From an uncultured Thermoanaerobaculia bacterium (lineage in GTDB: Bacteria > Acidobacteriota > Thermoanaerobaculia > Multivoradales > Multivoraceae): a DNA stretch of 64,000 bases. How positions within the stretch are numbered: the stretch's first letter is position 1; each line of letters starts with the position of its first letter. Location: positions 1,278,859 through 1,342,858 of the forward strand of contig OX638294.1 in assembly GCA_951812325.1 (NCBI GenBank), given 5' to 3'. Under the pieces are notes generated by a model. The model saw only the letters and a list, made by a program, of their open reading frames with translations, was not told the DNA's origin and made no database searches. Position numbers and translations under genes: made by a program. Shown in pieces: positions 37,398 to 46,822 of this stretch.

Positions 37398-37591
37398 ACG
37401 CGGGCTCAACTCCTGCCGCCAACCGTCAGACAGCCATCGTTGCTGCCCCCCAACGACTAGACTCGCCGCATGAGCGGGCGAGACCTCAGGAGCCCCAAGC
37501 CGACTGTGAGGCGCCTGGTTCACCGCACCGCCTCCAGTCAGTCGGTCGTCAGAGCCCGGCGGTCCCGCCAGCGCGGCCCCAGAGAGCCAGC

Positions 37592-38797
37592 GTGACCGCC
37601 GACCGCCGCCTGTTGACTCGCGTTGCGCTCCGCAACTACAAGAGCATCGCCGCATGCGACGTGTCACCAGCGAAGCTGTGCTTCCTCGTGGGTCCGAACG
37701 GCTCCGGCAAGAGCAACTTCCTCGACGCGCTTCGGTTCATCGCCGAGTCTCTTCGGTCTTCGATGGATCAGGCGCTGCTCGCACGCGGAGGCATCAACGA
37801 GGTGCGGCGGCGCTCTGGTGGCCACCCGACGCACTTCACCATCCGTGTCGAGTTCGCCCTCGACGCATCGCGAGGCCACTATGCGTTCACTGTCGGGTCC
37901 AAACGCCAGGCCCGCTACCAGGTCCAGCGCGAAGAGTGTCTCGTCGTACCGACGAACGGGCAGAGCGCTCACTTCTTCAAGGTCGAGAGCGGGCGGGTTA
38001 CCAAGACGACCCTCTCGCCAGCGCCAGCGGCACTGCCCGATCGCCTGTACCTTGTCAATGTCTCCGGTCTTGAGGCGTTTCGGCCCGTCTACGACGCCCT
38101 CTCGAGGACTGGCTTCTACAACCTGAACCCGGCAGCCATACGCGACCTTCAGCCGCCCGACACGGGCGAACTCCTCAAGCGGGACGGGAGCAACATCGCA
38201 AGTGTCCTGGCCAACCTCGCCACCAGTTCGCCTCCGTCGATGCGGAGGATCGAGGAGTACCTCGGGACCGTCGTTCCTGGCATGGCGGGCGTCGGTCGTC
38301 ATCGGCTCGGTCCCAGAGAGACGCTCGAGTTCCGGCAGGAGGTGCGCGGTGCCGAGCATCCCTGGCGCTTCCTCGCCAACAACATGTCCGACGGAACGCT
38401 TCGCGCACTCGGCCTGCTCGTCGCGCTCTTTCAGGGCGCGAGCAACGGCGCCGCAGGGCCCGGACTGGTGGGCATCGAAGAGCCGGAAGTCGCGCTTCAC
38501 CCCGCAGCCGTGGAAGTCCTCATCGATGCGCTGCTTGACGCTGCTGAACACGCCCAGATACTTGTCACGAGCCACAGCACCGAACTGCTCGATCACCCGG
38601 AAATTCGGGACGACTCCATCCTTGCCGTGGTAGCAGAGCACGGCGAGAGCCGCATCGGTCCGCTGGACGAGGTCGGGCGGTCGGCGTTGAAGAAGCACCT
38701 CTTCACCGCCGGCGAACTGCTCAGAATGCACCAACTCGATCCGGATCCAGTGCTCTCGAAACCCGGGCAAATCAGGCTCTTCGGCCCCGAGCCCTGA
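37592..38797 (+). CDS. Solitary AAA_21/ABC-type ATPase (OLD/PtuA/AriA-like), ~401 aa from GTG 37592
   Basis: LTRVALRNYKSI...FLVGPNGSGKSNFLDALRFI Walker A, LVGIEEPEVALHP Walker B, ILVTSHS D-loop/H-loop. No nuclease partner gene adjacent. Confidence 0.75.
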   Translation: MTADRRLLTRVALRNYKSIAACDVSPAKLCFLVGPNGSGKSNFLDALRFIAESLRSSMDQALLARGGINEVRRRSGGHPTHFTIRVEFALDASRGHYAFTVGSKRQARYQVQREECLVVPTNGQSAHFFKVESGRVTKTTLSPAPAALPDRLYLVNVSGLEAFRPVYDALSRTGFYNLNPAAIRDLQPPDTGELLKRDGSNIASVLANLATSSPPSMRRIEEYLGTVVPGMAGVGRHRLGPRETLEFRQEVRGAEHPWRFLANNMSDGTLRALGLLVALFQGASNGAAGPGLVGIEEPEVALHPAAVEVLIDALLDAAEHAQILVTSHSTELLDHPEIRDDSILAVVAEHGESRIGPLDEVGRSALKKHLFTAGELLRMHQLDPDPVLSKPGQIRLFGPEP

Positions 38798-38937
38798 CCG
38801 TGCTCAAGATCGCCTCCATACCAGGCCAGATTCACCGCTGCCTTCGACCTGAGCGCCGCGCGGTCGGCGCCCTCGTTCGACAAGCTGTGGCGTGACGTAA
38901 CCTCCCTGCTCGTTCCGCCGGCAACGATCATCTCCGA

Positions 38938-41900
38938 ATGAGCGAACCGAACAACCACGACGCTGCGGCCGTGACGTCTCTCGATGTCCGCCGGACCCTC
39001 GTCGAAGCGATCGAACTCGACCTCATCGGCCCATGGCGAGGTCACGAGCTTGCGCGGGAGCGGCTGCCGATCTTCGAGGCGCCATCCAACTGGTACCTCA
39101 CCGGCTTCCTGATTCCGACCGGAACGCCGCCGGAACTGAGCCGGGACGACGAGCAGGACGACGGCGGGCCTGACGAGACGCCCGAGCGACCCGGCCTCGC
39201 CGAGGAATCGACGGAGGGCCGGATGGCAGCGAAGAAGCTCTTCTTCCCTTCCTCGATGGGGCTGAGCTTCCTCGCAACCGCGGACAGCCGGCTCGATGTC
39301 TCCGTTCGCTGGGGCGACTACGAACTGGTCGCAACCGCCACCGATGCTGTGGAAGGCGACGGCGGCAACGACAAGGCCGGGGCGCAATACTGGCAGCGGA
39401 GCGCCAGGGAGGAAGCCGTAGAGATCGCCCCGCAGACGGCGGAGCGGCCTGTCCACGACGTGCCCGGCTCGGGCGGGCTGAGGCTTCACGTCGAGCAGAG
39501 GCCCATCTCCGAGATCGCCTCCATCCCCGAAGGCACGCGGGCTGTCAGCGTGTTCCTCGTGAACGAGCGGGAGCCTGCGACTTCGCTCCAGGACACCGAG
39601 CCGACCTACGCGTTCCAGGCCGAAGTCGAGATCCGCAGCGAACAGCCGTTCGTGCCGAGACCGGACCCACGCTCGGCGGAGACCGATGACTGGGATGAAC
39701 AGGTCGCGGCCCTTCACTACCTGGACGCCCCGAGCTACGCCACCGGTCACAACGTCGGCGCCACCTGGGACGTCGACAGCGACGGGAAGTGCCGGAAGAT
39801 CCGCACGACCTGGATGCCCCGGGCGGAGGTCGAGAAGACGGAGACCAGCCAACCGGACGGGGTCGACCTGTCGATGGACCGGCTCGGCCAGCTTGCCGGC
39901 GCCGACGATGCGGACAGGACCCTGCGACCGCTCGTCGCCGCTTACCGCGAGTGGATCAACGAACAGCGCAGGGCGCTCGAGGAAGTTCCCGAAGAGCACG
40001 CGGAGACCGCGGTCGAACTCCTCGATCAGGCTGAGTTCGCCGCCTCGCGGATGGAGCGAGGGATCGCGACGCTTCAAGGCGACGAACAGGCGCTCGACGC
40101 CTTCCGCCTGGCGAATCGCGCCGTGGCCCAGGCTCTTCGGCGCCGAACCCCTGAGGTCTTCGAAGATGCGGCGCCCCGATGGCGGGCATTCCAGCTCGCC
40201 TTCATCCTGCTGAACCTCGCGCCGCTCGCGGACCCCGCCGACCCGCACCGGGAGATGGTCGACCTGCTCTTCTTTCCCACCGGCGGCGGCAAGACGGAGG
40301 CCTACCTGGGTCTCGCCGCCTTCGCGATCGTGCTGAGGCGGCTCCGGAACCCGGAGGCGGGCGGGCGGGCAGGCGCGGGCGTCTCTGTTGTCATGCGCTA
40401 CACGCTGAGGCTGCTGACCCTCGATCAACTCTCGCGCGCCGCGGGCCTGATCTGCGCGCTGGAACTGGAGCGGGCCGACGCGCCCGAGCGCTACGGCGAG
40501 TGGCCGTTCGAGATCGGCCTGTGGGTCGGCAGGGCGGCGACACCGAACCACATGGGGCGAAAGGGCGCCGAACCGCCCGGTTCCGCCCGCCAGAAGGTGC
40601 GGCGCTTCCAGGCGAAACCCTGCTACGAGCCGTCACCCGTCCCCATTGAGGACTGCCCCTGGTGCGGTACGAAGTTCAAGCCCGGCTCCTTCACGCTGCA
40701 ACCGAACGACGACACGCCGACCAACCTGCGCGTGATCTGCGCAAACTGGGAGTGCGAGTTCTCCGGCGACCGCGCGCTCCCCATCGTCGCCGTCGACGAG
40801 CCGTTGTACCGCCGCCTGCCCTGTTTTCTCGTTGCCACGGTGGACAAGTTCGCGGCCCTGCCGTGGGAGGCCCGCGCCGGCGCGCTCCTCGGCGGCGCCG
40901 ACCGACACGATGCGGAGGGCTTCTACGGCGCGGCGGCGCCGAGCCGGGGCCGGCCGCTGCCCTCGCCCCTGCCGCCGCCCGACCTCATCGTCCAGGACGA
41001 ACTCCACCTGATCTCCGGACCCCTGGGATCGATGGCCGGCCTCTACGAGACGGCGGTCGAGGCGCTGGCGCTCCGCGGTTCCGGCAGCCGCGGCGCGAAG
41101 CCGAAGATCGTCGCCTCGACCGCGACCACCCGGCGGGCGCAGGAACAGATCCGGGCCCTCTTCGGCCGTCAGATGACCCGCGTCTTCCCGCCGCCCGGGC
41201 CCTCGCGGCGCGACTCGTTCTTCTCCCAGGTCGTGCCGGCGAGCATGAAGCCGGCTCGGCTATACCTCGGCATCGCGTCGCCGGGCAGGAATGCGAAGGT
41301 CCAGATGCGGCGCGTTCTGCTGCCGCTGATGGCGGCGGCGCAGCAGGCCTTCCGGAACGCGGGCGGCCACGACAACGAGAACAACGCCGCCGACCCGTAC
41401 ATGACGGTGCTTGCCTACTTCAACAGCCTTCGCGAACTCGGCGGTGCGCGGCGCATCGTCGAGGAGGAGGTCCAGAACACGCTGGGCCGCTACGGAGCAA
41501 GGCGCAGACTGAACCAGGAGAGGAGGTACTTCCGCGATCGCGGGCGTCTCTACGAGCCGCTGGAGTTGACCTCCCGGGTCTCGACGGCCCAGGTTGCCGC
41601 TGCGCGACGGCGGCTTGGTCAGCCTTTCCATGCGACGGACCGGGTCGACGTGGCCCTGGCGACGAACATGATCTCCGTCGGCCTCGACATCCAGCGACTC
41701 GGGCTCATGGTCGTCATGGGTCAGCCGAAGACGACCGCCGAGTACATCCAGGCGACCAGCCGGGTCGGCCGCGCAGACGCGAAGCCCGGTCTCGTCATCA
41801 CCCTGCTCAACGCCCACAAGCCGCGCGACCGCTCCCACTACGAACGCTTCCGGCACTACCACGAGACCTTCTACCGCGCGGTCGAGGCTGGAAGCGTCAC

Positions 41901-42360
41901 GCCGTTCGCGGCCCGGGCGTTGGACCGGGGAATGGCCGGAACCCTCGTCGCGCTCGCTCGGCACGCGGAACCGTCTCTGACGCCGGCCACCGCTCCGCCA
42001 GGGCTCGCCGAGGTCCGCGCGCAGCTCGAGGCACTGCTCCTCGATGCGTTCTCCGAGCGGCTCAGCCGCCAGAACATGCCGGAAGCCGAGCGGGAAGAGA
42101 AGCTCGGCTCGGTTCGTCGGCGCGTAGGCGACCTGCTCGACTCCTGGCAGTACGTCGTGGACGACTATCGGGACACCGGCACCGCGGTGAAGTACCAGCA
42201 GTACGAGCGGGAGCAGGGCAAACCACTGCTCCGCGAGATGTTGGACACGGACTTCGAGTCACCCCATCACAAGAAGTTCCGAGTCAACCGCTCGCTTCGT
42301 GACGTGGAGCCCCAAGTGAACCTGTTCATCACGAAGCCGGCCGGCGGCGGAGCGGATTGA
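38938..42360 (+). CDS. drmA: DISARM drmA-like helicase (1140 aa)
   Basis: Helicase motif I LLFFPTGGGKTEAYLG, motif II VQDELHLISGP (DExH), zinc-ribbon DCPWCGTKFKP, helicase C motifs (QATSRVGRADAKPGLVI). 4-nt overlap with the following DUF1998 gene. Confidence 0.8.
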   Translation: MSEPNNHDAAAVTSLDVRRTLVEAIELDLIGPWRGHELARERLPIFEAPSNWYLTGFLIPTGTPPELSRDDEQDDGGPDETPERPGLAEESTEGRMAAKKLFFPSSMGLSFLATADSRLDVSVRWGDYELVATATDAVEGDGGNDKAGAQYWQRSAREEAVEIAPQTAERPVHDVPGSGGLRLHVEQRPISEIASIPEGTRAVSVFLVNEREPATSLQDTEPTYAFQAEVEIRSEQPFVPRPDPRSAETDDWDEQVAALHYLDAPSYATGHNVGATWDVDSDGKCRKIRTTWMPRAEVEKTETSQPDGVDLSMDRLGQLAGADDADRTLRPLVAAYREWINEQRRALEEVPEEHAETAVELLDQAEFAASRMERGIATLQGDEQALDAFRLANRAVAQALRRRTPEVFEDAAPRWRAFQLAFILLNLAPLADPADPHREMVDLLFFPTGGGKTEAYLGLAAFAIVLRRLRNPEAGGRAGAGVSVVMRYTLRLLTLDQLSRAAGLICALELERADAPERYGEWPFEIGLWVGRAATPNHMGRKGAEPPGSARQKVRRFQAKPCYEPSPVPIEDCPWCGTKFKPGSFTLQPNDDTPTNLRVICANWECEFSGDRALPIVAVDEPLYRRLPCFLVATVDKFAALPWEARAGALLGGADRHDAEGFYGAAAPSRGRPLPSPLPPPDLIVQDELHLISGPLGSMAGLYETAVEALALRGSGSRGAKPKIVASTATTRRAQEQIRALFGRQMTRVFPPPGPSRRDSFFSQVVPASMKPARLYLGIASPGRNAKVQMRRVLLPLMAAAQQAFRNAGGHDNENNAADPYMTVLAYFNSLRELGGARRIVEEEVQNTLGRYGARRRLNQERRYFRDRGRLYEPLELTSRVSTAQVAAARRRLGQPFHATDRVDVALATNMISVGLDIQRLGLMVVMGQPKTTAEYIQATSRVGRADAKPGLVITLLNAHKPRDRSHYERFRHYHETFYRAVEAGSVTPFAARALDRGMAGTLVALARHAEPSLTPATAPPGLAEVRAQLEALLLDAFSERLSRQNMPEAEREEKLGSVRRRVGDLLDSWQYVVDDYRDTGTAVKYQQYEREQGKPLLREMLDTDFESPHHKKFRVNRSLRDVEPQVNLFITKPAGGGAD

Positions 42361-44204
42361 TGGCCAAGGCCAAGGGAACAGGTGCGCCTACCGGCAGCAT
42401 TCGCCGCAGTCAGGTCATCACGACCTACGGACCGGGCGCACTGATCGACCTGCCCCACGACTCCGCCATCGTCGGCGGGCTGGATTTCTGGCCATGGCAT
42501 GGTTCTCTCGAGCCCATCGACGAACCCAGGCTGAGCACCAGGCTGCGCAGCCTGACGGGCGGCGCGCTGCCGGCCCTCCACGCCCCGCCCGCCGCTTCGG
42601 ACCGGCCCGGCGACGTCTCGGCCGGCATCGAGGCGCCCCGGTTTCCCGAGTGGTTCGTCGTGCAGCGGGAGGAGTCCTCAACCGACCATGAGGGCGGCCG
42701 CCGTTCGCGCCGCCTGGTTCACCGCAAGTCGCTCGACGAACGACGTAGACACAAGAACCTGGTCCATGGCGGCCAGCCGGTCGTCGCGATCCGCTTCGTG
42801 CGCGGCTGCCCGCGCGGCCATGTCGACGACATCGACTGGTGGAGCTTTGTCCACCGCGGCGTCAGGGACTGCCAGGGCGAACTGGGAATCGAGGAACAGG
42901 GCACCGGCGGAGACCTCTCGAACCTCTTCGTTCGCTGCAGTTGCGGCAACTCGCGGGGTCTGCACGAAGCCAAGGAGATGGACGACCGGCCGCTCGGTCA
43001 CTGCAGCGGCGCCCGACCGTGGCTGGGCCGACACGCCAACGAGGAGTGCGGCGAGCCGGCGCGGCTGCTGATCCGGACCGCGACGAACGCGTGGTTTCCG
43101 CAGATCGTCACGGTGCTGTCGCTGCCGAAGCCGAGCGAGGCGGTCGACGGCATCGTCGCCGAACTGTGGGACGACCTGGAGATCGTCACCGAGCCGGGCG
43201 AACTTCGGTTCCTGAAGAAGAAGCCGAGAATCGCGGCCGCCCTGCACGGCGTCGACGACGCCGACGTGTTGGCGGCAATCGAACGCCGGAAGGCGGGCGA
43301 CCTGGACGACCGACCAGTCAAGTTCGCCGAACTGGACGCCCTGCTGACGGCGCCGGAAGGCTACGACGACGACGTGCCGATCGACGACCGATTCCACGCC
43401 CGGCGCCTGCCGGAGTCAGTATGGAGGGAGGGCGCACGGTCCTTCGCGGACCGGATAGCTGCCGTCGTGCAGGTTCACCGCCTGCGCGAGGTTTCGGCAC
43501 TCACCGGTTTCACCCGCTTCGAGGCGCCGACACCGGACATCCTGGGGGAGGTCGACACGGATGTGGAGCGCGCCGCGCTCGCGCTGGAGCCCGCCTGGTT
43601 CCCGGCCGTGGAGAACCGCGGCGAAGGCGTCTTCGTCCAGTTGGCGACCACAGCCGTTGCGGAGTGGTGCGGCCGCGAGGATGTCCGGACGCGCTGCGCC
43701 ACTCTGGCCGCGGGCCACGAGCGCCGTGAAGCGGAACGACCGCCGGGTGCGAAGCGGCGGCCGTTTCCGGGCGGCCCCTACATTCTCCTGCACACGCTGT
43801 CCCACCTGCTGATCACGTCCCTGGCGCTGCGCTGCGGCTATCCCGCGGCATCGATTCGGGAGCGCGTCTACGTCGACGAAGCCGAGAAGAGGTACGGACT
43901 CCTCCTCTACACCGCGAGCGCCGACGCCGAGGGAACGCTGGGCGGCCTCGTACAGCAGGCCCGGAGCATCAAAGAGCATCTCCGCCACGCTCTCCTCCTC
44001 GGCCAACTCTGTTCGAACGACCCGGTCTGTGCCCACCACCGACCCGACCACAGCGCCGAGAAACGGTGGCTTCACGGCGCCGCCTGCCACGGCTGCACGC
44101 TGATCGCCGAGACCTCCTGCGAGATGCGCAACGACCATCTCGACCGCAGCCTGGTGGCGCGGATCATCGGCGGCGGCGCGGGCTTCTTCGGTCCGATCGA
44201 GTGA
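42357..44204 (+). CDS. drmB: DISARM drmB-like DUF1998 protein (615 aa)
   Basis: C-terminal DUF1998 signature LLHTLSHLLI...ACHGCTLIAETSCEMRNDHLDRSLV (Cys cluster plus N-x2-LDR) and internal Cys-rich zinc-binding region (RGCPRGH...CSCGNSRGLHEAKEMDDRPLGHC). Confidence 0.85.
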   Translation: MMAKAKGTGAPTGSIRRSQVITTYGPGALIDLPHDSAIVGGLDFWPWHGSLEPIDEPRLSTRLRSLTGGALPALHAPPAASDRPGDVSAGIEAPRFPEWFVVQREESSTDHEGGRRSRRLVHRKSLDERRRHKNLVHGGQPVVAIRFVRGCPRGHVDDIDWWSFVHRGVRDCQGELGIEEQGTGGDLSNLFVRCSCGNSRGLHEAKEMDDRPLGHCSGARPWLGRHANEECGEPARLLIRTATNAWFPQIVTVLSLPKPSEAVDGIVAELWDDLEIVTEPGELRFLKKKPRIAAALHGVDDADVLAAIERRKAGDLDDRPVKFAELDALLTAPEGYDDDVPIDDRFHARRLPESVWREGARSFADRIAAVVQVHRLREVSALTGFTRFEAPTPDILGEVDTDVERAALALEPAWFPAVENRGEGVFVQLATTAVAEWCGREDVRTRCATLAAGHERREAERPPGAKRRPFPGGPYILLHTLSHLLITSLALRCGYPAASIRERVYVDEAEKRYGLLLYTASADAEGTLGGLVQQARSIKEHLRHALLLGQLCSNDPVCAHHRPDHSAEKRWLHGAACHGCTLIAETSCEMRNDHLDRSLVARIIGGGAGFFGPIE

Positions 44205-44561
44205 CGATGTACCGGGCCGCACAAAACAGCAATCCAGGAGGTTGCCGGATCCGCCTGCCTTCTCGCGGAAACCGCCTGGCCGCAAACCGACAGGCGTGAA
44301 GGACCAGGCATTCAACGCTCAGGTCGAACTTCCGGCGCATTTCCGGAACTCGCTCGCGGCCGCGCTGGACGCCGGTTTGCTCCGGTTCGACTTCACCGCG
44401 GCTCCAGGTAGAGTTCCGCCACGAAGTTGTCCCGGTCGTCGAGTCGTTCGAGCGGCGTCACGGCCGCTACGCCAACAGCCCGGCCGCCGCCGACGCGCGC
44501 CGCGAACGGAGGGAAGGCCGCGGGACCGGCCCGGAACACGACCAGGGAACAAAGGAGAACG

Positions 44562-44930
44562 ATGTCCTATCTCGCCTACAAACTGCTGCATGTACTGGGA
44601 GCTCTGCTCGTTCTGGCAGCGGCCGGCGGCGTCGCCGTTCATGCCGCGACGGGCGGTCGGCGCGAAGACAACGACCTGCGCGGCGTCCTCGCTTCCATGC
44701 ACGGCGTCGGCCTGCTCCTGAGCGTCGTCACCGGCTTCGGGCTGCTTGCCTCGCTTGGAGCAGGCATGCCGCCCCCCTGGGCCTGGGCGAAGCTCGTCAT
44801 CTGGCTGTTCTTCGGGGCCGCGCTCACCCTGCCCTACCGGAACACGTCGCTGGCCCGGGCACTGGTCGTGGCCCTGCCGCTGCTGGCCGCGATCGCCTCC
44901 TACCTGGCGCTCTACAAGCCATTCCAGTAG
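44562..44930 (+). CDS. Small membrane protein (122 aa), unknown function
   Basis: ATG 44562 with AAAGGAGA SD. Four predicted TM helices (LLHVLGALLVLAAAGGV..., LLLSVVTGFGLLASL..., LVIWLFFGAALTL..., LVVALPLLAAIASYLAL). Confidence 0.55.
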   Translation: MSYLAYKLLHVLGALLVLAAAGGVAVHAATGGRREDNDLRGVLASMHGVGLLLSVVTGFGLLASLGAGMPPPWAWAKLVIWLFFGAALTLPYRNTSLARALVVALPLLAAIASYLALYKPFQ

Positions 44931-45194
44931 CCCGCGCGCCCAGAGCCCTGGTCACCCCTTCGTCAGCGACTCGTCGGACCGACATCCGCTGTCGATTGCG
45001 GAATAGCCGCCAAGACGAACCAGCCCGGGAATCCGACCGTAACCCTGGTTGTTGGCTAGCGTACACAAGGTCGGGTCCGTGCCCTAAAGGGGCAAGGCAC
45101 GAATCCGGTCGGCGCCGGGCGGAGCGAGCGTGTCGCACCGCCCGGCGCCATTCTGGGCCGGCGGATCGGGAACCGCAGTTCAGGCTCAGCGGAA

Positions 45195-46091
45195 TCAGAG
45201 GAAGACGCAGGTCGGACACCCACCCCTGTCCTGCGCAAGCCGACGGTCCGTCTCACTCTGGTAGACGGGCTCAGCGGAACGCTCTGTCCGCGCATCGCCG
45301 CCGAGCATCGCCTCCCGCTTCCACTCGTCGTCATCCGACCAGCGCCAGGGCAGAATCTTCACGGCCCCCGGCCTGTCCAGCTCCTCGACCGCGGCGAGCG
45401 CCGCGGCCACGATCTCCCGCTGCAGGACAACATCCCGCGGCTTGCCGGCCGTGTGACCCAACGGGTAGTCGAGAAACGCCGCGCGAGGCGGATTGACCGC
45501 CCGCGTGATCGAGAGCGCCGAACTCATCGACAGGGTCGGAATGCCGTCCGCCTCGACCTGGCGCGCGATCAGTCCCACGGACTGATGGCAAACCGGTCAC
45601 ACCGGGACCAGCAGGGCCAGGTCGACCTGGTCCGCGGCCAGGCGGCGGCTGATCTCCGGCGCCAGCGTCTCGCGCACCCGGCGCGCCGAGTAGATGCCGC
45701 CCATGAACGCGTAGGCGCGCGGCGACACGTCCCCGATCACGCCCGCTGTCGCCAGCGAGCGCAGTGGGTCGACCGGGAAGACGACGTTCGGATCGATCCG
45801 CGCGTCCGTCCGGTCGTAGGCGAAGTGACTCGTCCGCAGTTCGGCCGCCGGCACGCTGCTGTCGATCACCCGCAGCGACACATCGTCGCGATGGTGGAAG
45901 GCGATCTGTCCCGCCCGGTAGACGCCGCCCGAAGCCACCAGGCCGACCCGGCACTCCCTGAGCGGTCTCGCCAGCCGCGTCCACGGCGGCGGCGTCCCAT
46001 GGTGAACCCATCGGTAGGGTTCGTGTCCCAGGCTCGAGTACAGGTCGCGCGTGCGGACGATGTGGTCGACCGGCGGTCTTCGTGTTCCCAT
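45195..46091 (-). CDS. Putative selenoprotein of the glycine/sarcosine/betaine/D-proline reductase protein B family (GrdB/PrdB-like), ~298 aa with in-frame UGA (selenocysteine) at 45597-45599
   Basis: Track ORFs 45597..46091 and 45195..45578 are in the same frame, separated only by TGA plus 6 codons. Joined product reads ...FPVDPLRSLATAGVIGDV...AFMGG...ALLVPV-U-PVCHQS...VEADGIPTLSMSSALSITRAV... with a U-x-x-C redox motif and PrdB/GrdB-family blocks on both sides of the UGA. Stable hairpin 11 nt 3' of the UGA. Confidence 0.65.
45568..45586 (-). ncRNA. SECIS-like mRNA hairpin 11 nt downstream of the in-frame UGA (mRNA AUCAGUCC-GUG-GGACUGAU, 8-bp stem)
   Basis: Reverse complement of 45561-45602 reads GUG UGA CCGGUUUGCC AUCAGUCC GUG GGACUGAU CGCG. 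Confidence 0.5.
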
Positions 46092-46249
46092 GCTCCGGAT
46101 TCTGCCTCACTCCGGCCGCGGCGACCAACCGAAGTCATGGCGATGCGCGGCGGGTCGGCCATCCCGGTCCTTACCGCCTCGCTGTTGCGGGTGCTGTTGC
46201 GAGTGCGCGAGAACCGGCTGGAACCCGCAGCGACCGATAGGATGCCTGC

Positions 46250-46819
46250 ATGCACACGAAAAACAGGACCCAGCAGCAGGAGAACCCGGATCCGGGCTCT
46301 CCACCGGTGGCCGGACAGTCCGCGGAAGAAGTCACGCAACCCTCGAGCGGTGCGGCGCGGACTTCGGCTCCGGGCCGCGAGGACGAAGTGTTCACTCGTT
46401 CGGAGTCCGCGTGGCGCGACCGACTCGGCGAGACCGGGTTCCGCGTCCTGCGCAAGGAGGCGACCGAGCCCGCCTTCACCTCGCCACTGAACGGGGAACA
46501 TCGGAACGGCGTCTTCGTTTGCGCCGGTTGCGGCGCCGAGCTGTTCCGGTCGGAGTCGAAGTACGACAGCGGCACCGGCTGGCCGAGCTTTTTCGACCCG
46601 ATCCCCGGCGCGGTCGCAACGAAACGCGACTTCAAGATGCTCGTGCCCCGAACCGAGTACCACTGCTCCCGATGCGGCGGACATCAGGGACACGTGTTCG
46701 GCGACGGTCCGGCGCCGACGGGCCTGCGCTACTGCAACAACGGGGTCGCCCTGCGCTTCCGGCCGACGGAGGAAGAGGGCGACCCGGCCAGCGCTCCCGA
46801 CCCTGGCAAGGAGGACTGA
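46250..46819 (+). CDS. msrB: Peptide-methionine (R)-S-oxide reductase MsrB with N-terminal extension
   Basis: GVFVCAGCGAELFRSESKYDSGTGWPSF...EYHCSRCGGHQGHVFGDGP...RYCNNGVALRF (zinc CxxC pairs and catalytic Cys of SelR/MsrB). Confidence 0.85.
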   Translation: MHTKNRTQQQENPDPGSPPVAGQSAEEVTQPSSGAARTSAPGREDEVFTRSESAWRDRLGETGFRVLRKEATEPAFTSPLNGEHRNGVFVCAGCGAELFRSESKYDSGTGWPSFFDPIPGAVATKRDFKMLVPRTEYHCSRCGGHQGHVFGDGPAPTGLRYCNNGVALRFRPTEEEGDPASAPDPGKED

Positions 46820-46822
46820 ACC

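Noticed and set aside
37664-38770. 368-aa minus-strand ORF opposite the AAA_21 ATPase
   Set aside because: Antisense artefact; Walker A/B and D-loop motifs are on the plus strand.
44960-45120. Possible convergent terminator hairpin (CGTGCC...GGCACG around 45078-45104) between the small membrane protein and the selenoprotein gene
   Set aside because: Stem is imperfect and no U-run follows on either strand; too weak to call.
44204-45195. Looked for a PLD-family drmC or other effector after drmB
   Set aside because: Only a 122-aa membrane protein and non-coding sequence are present; no HxKx4D motif found in any frame.
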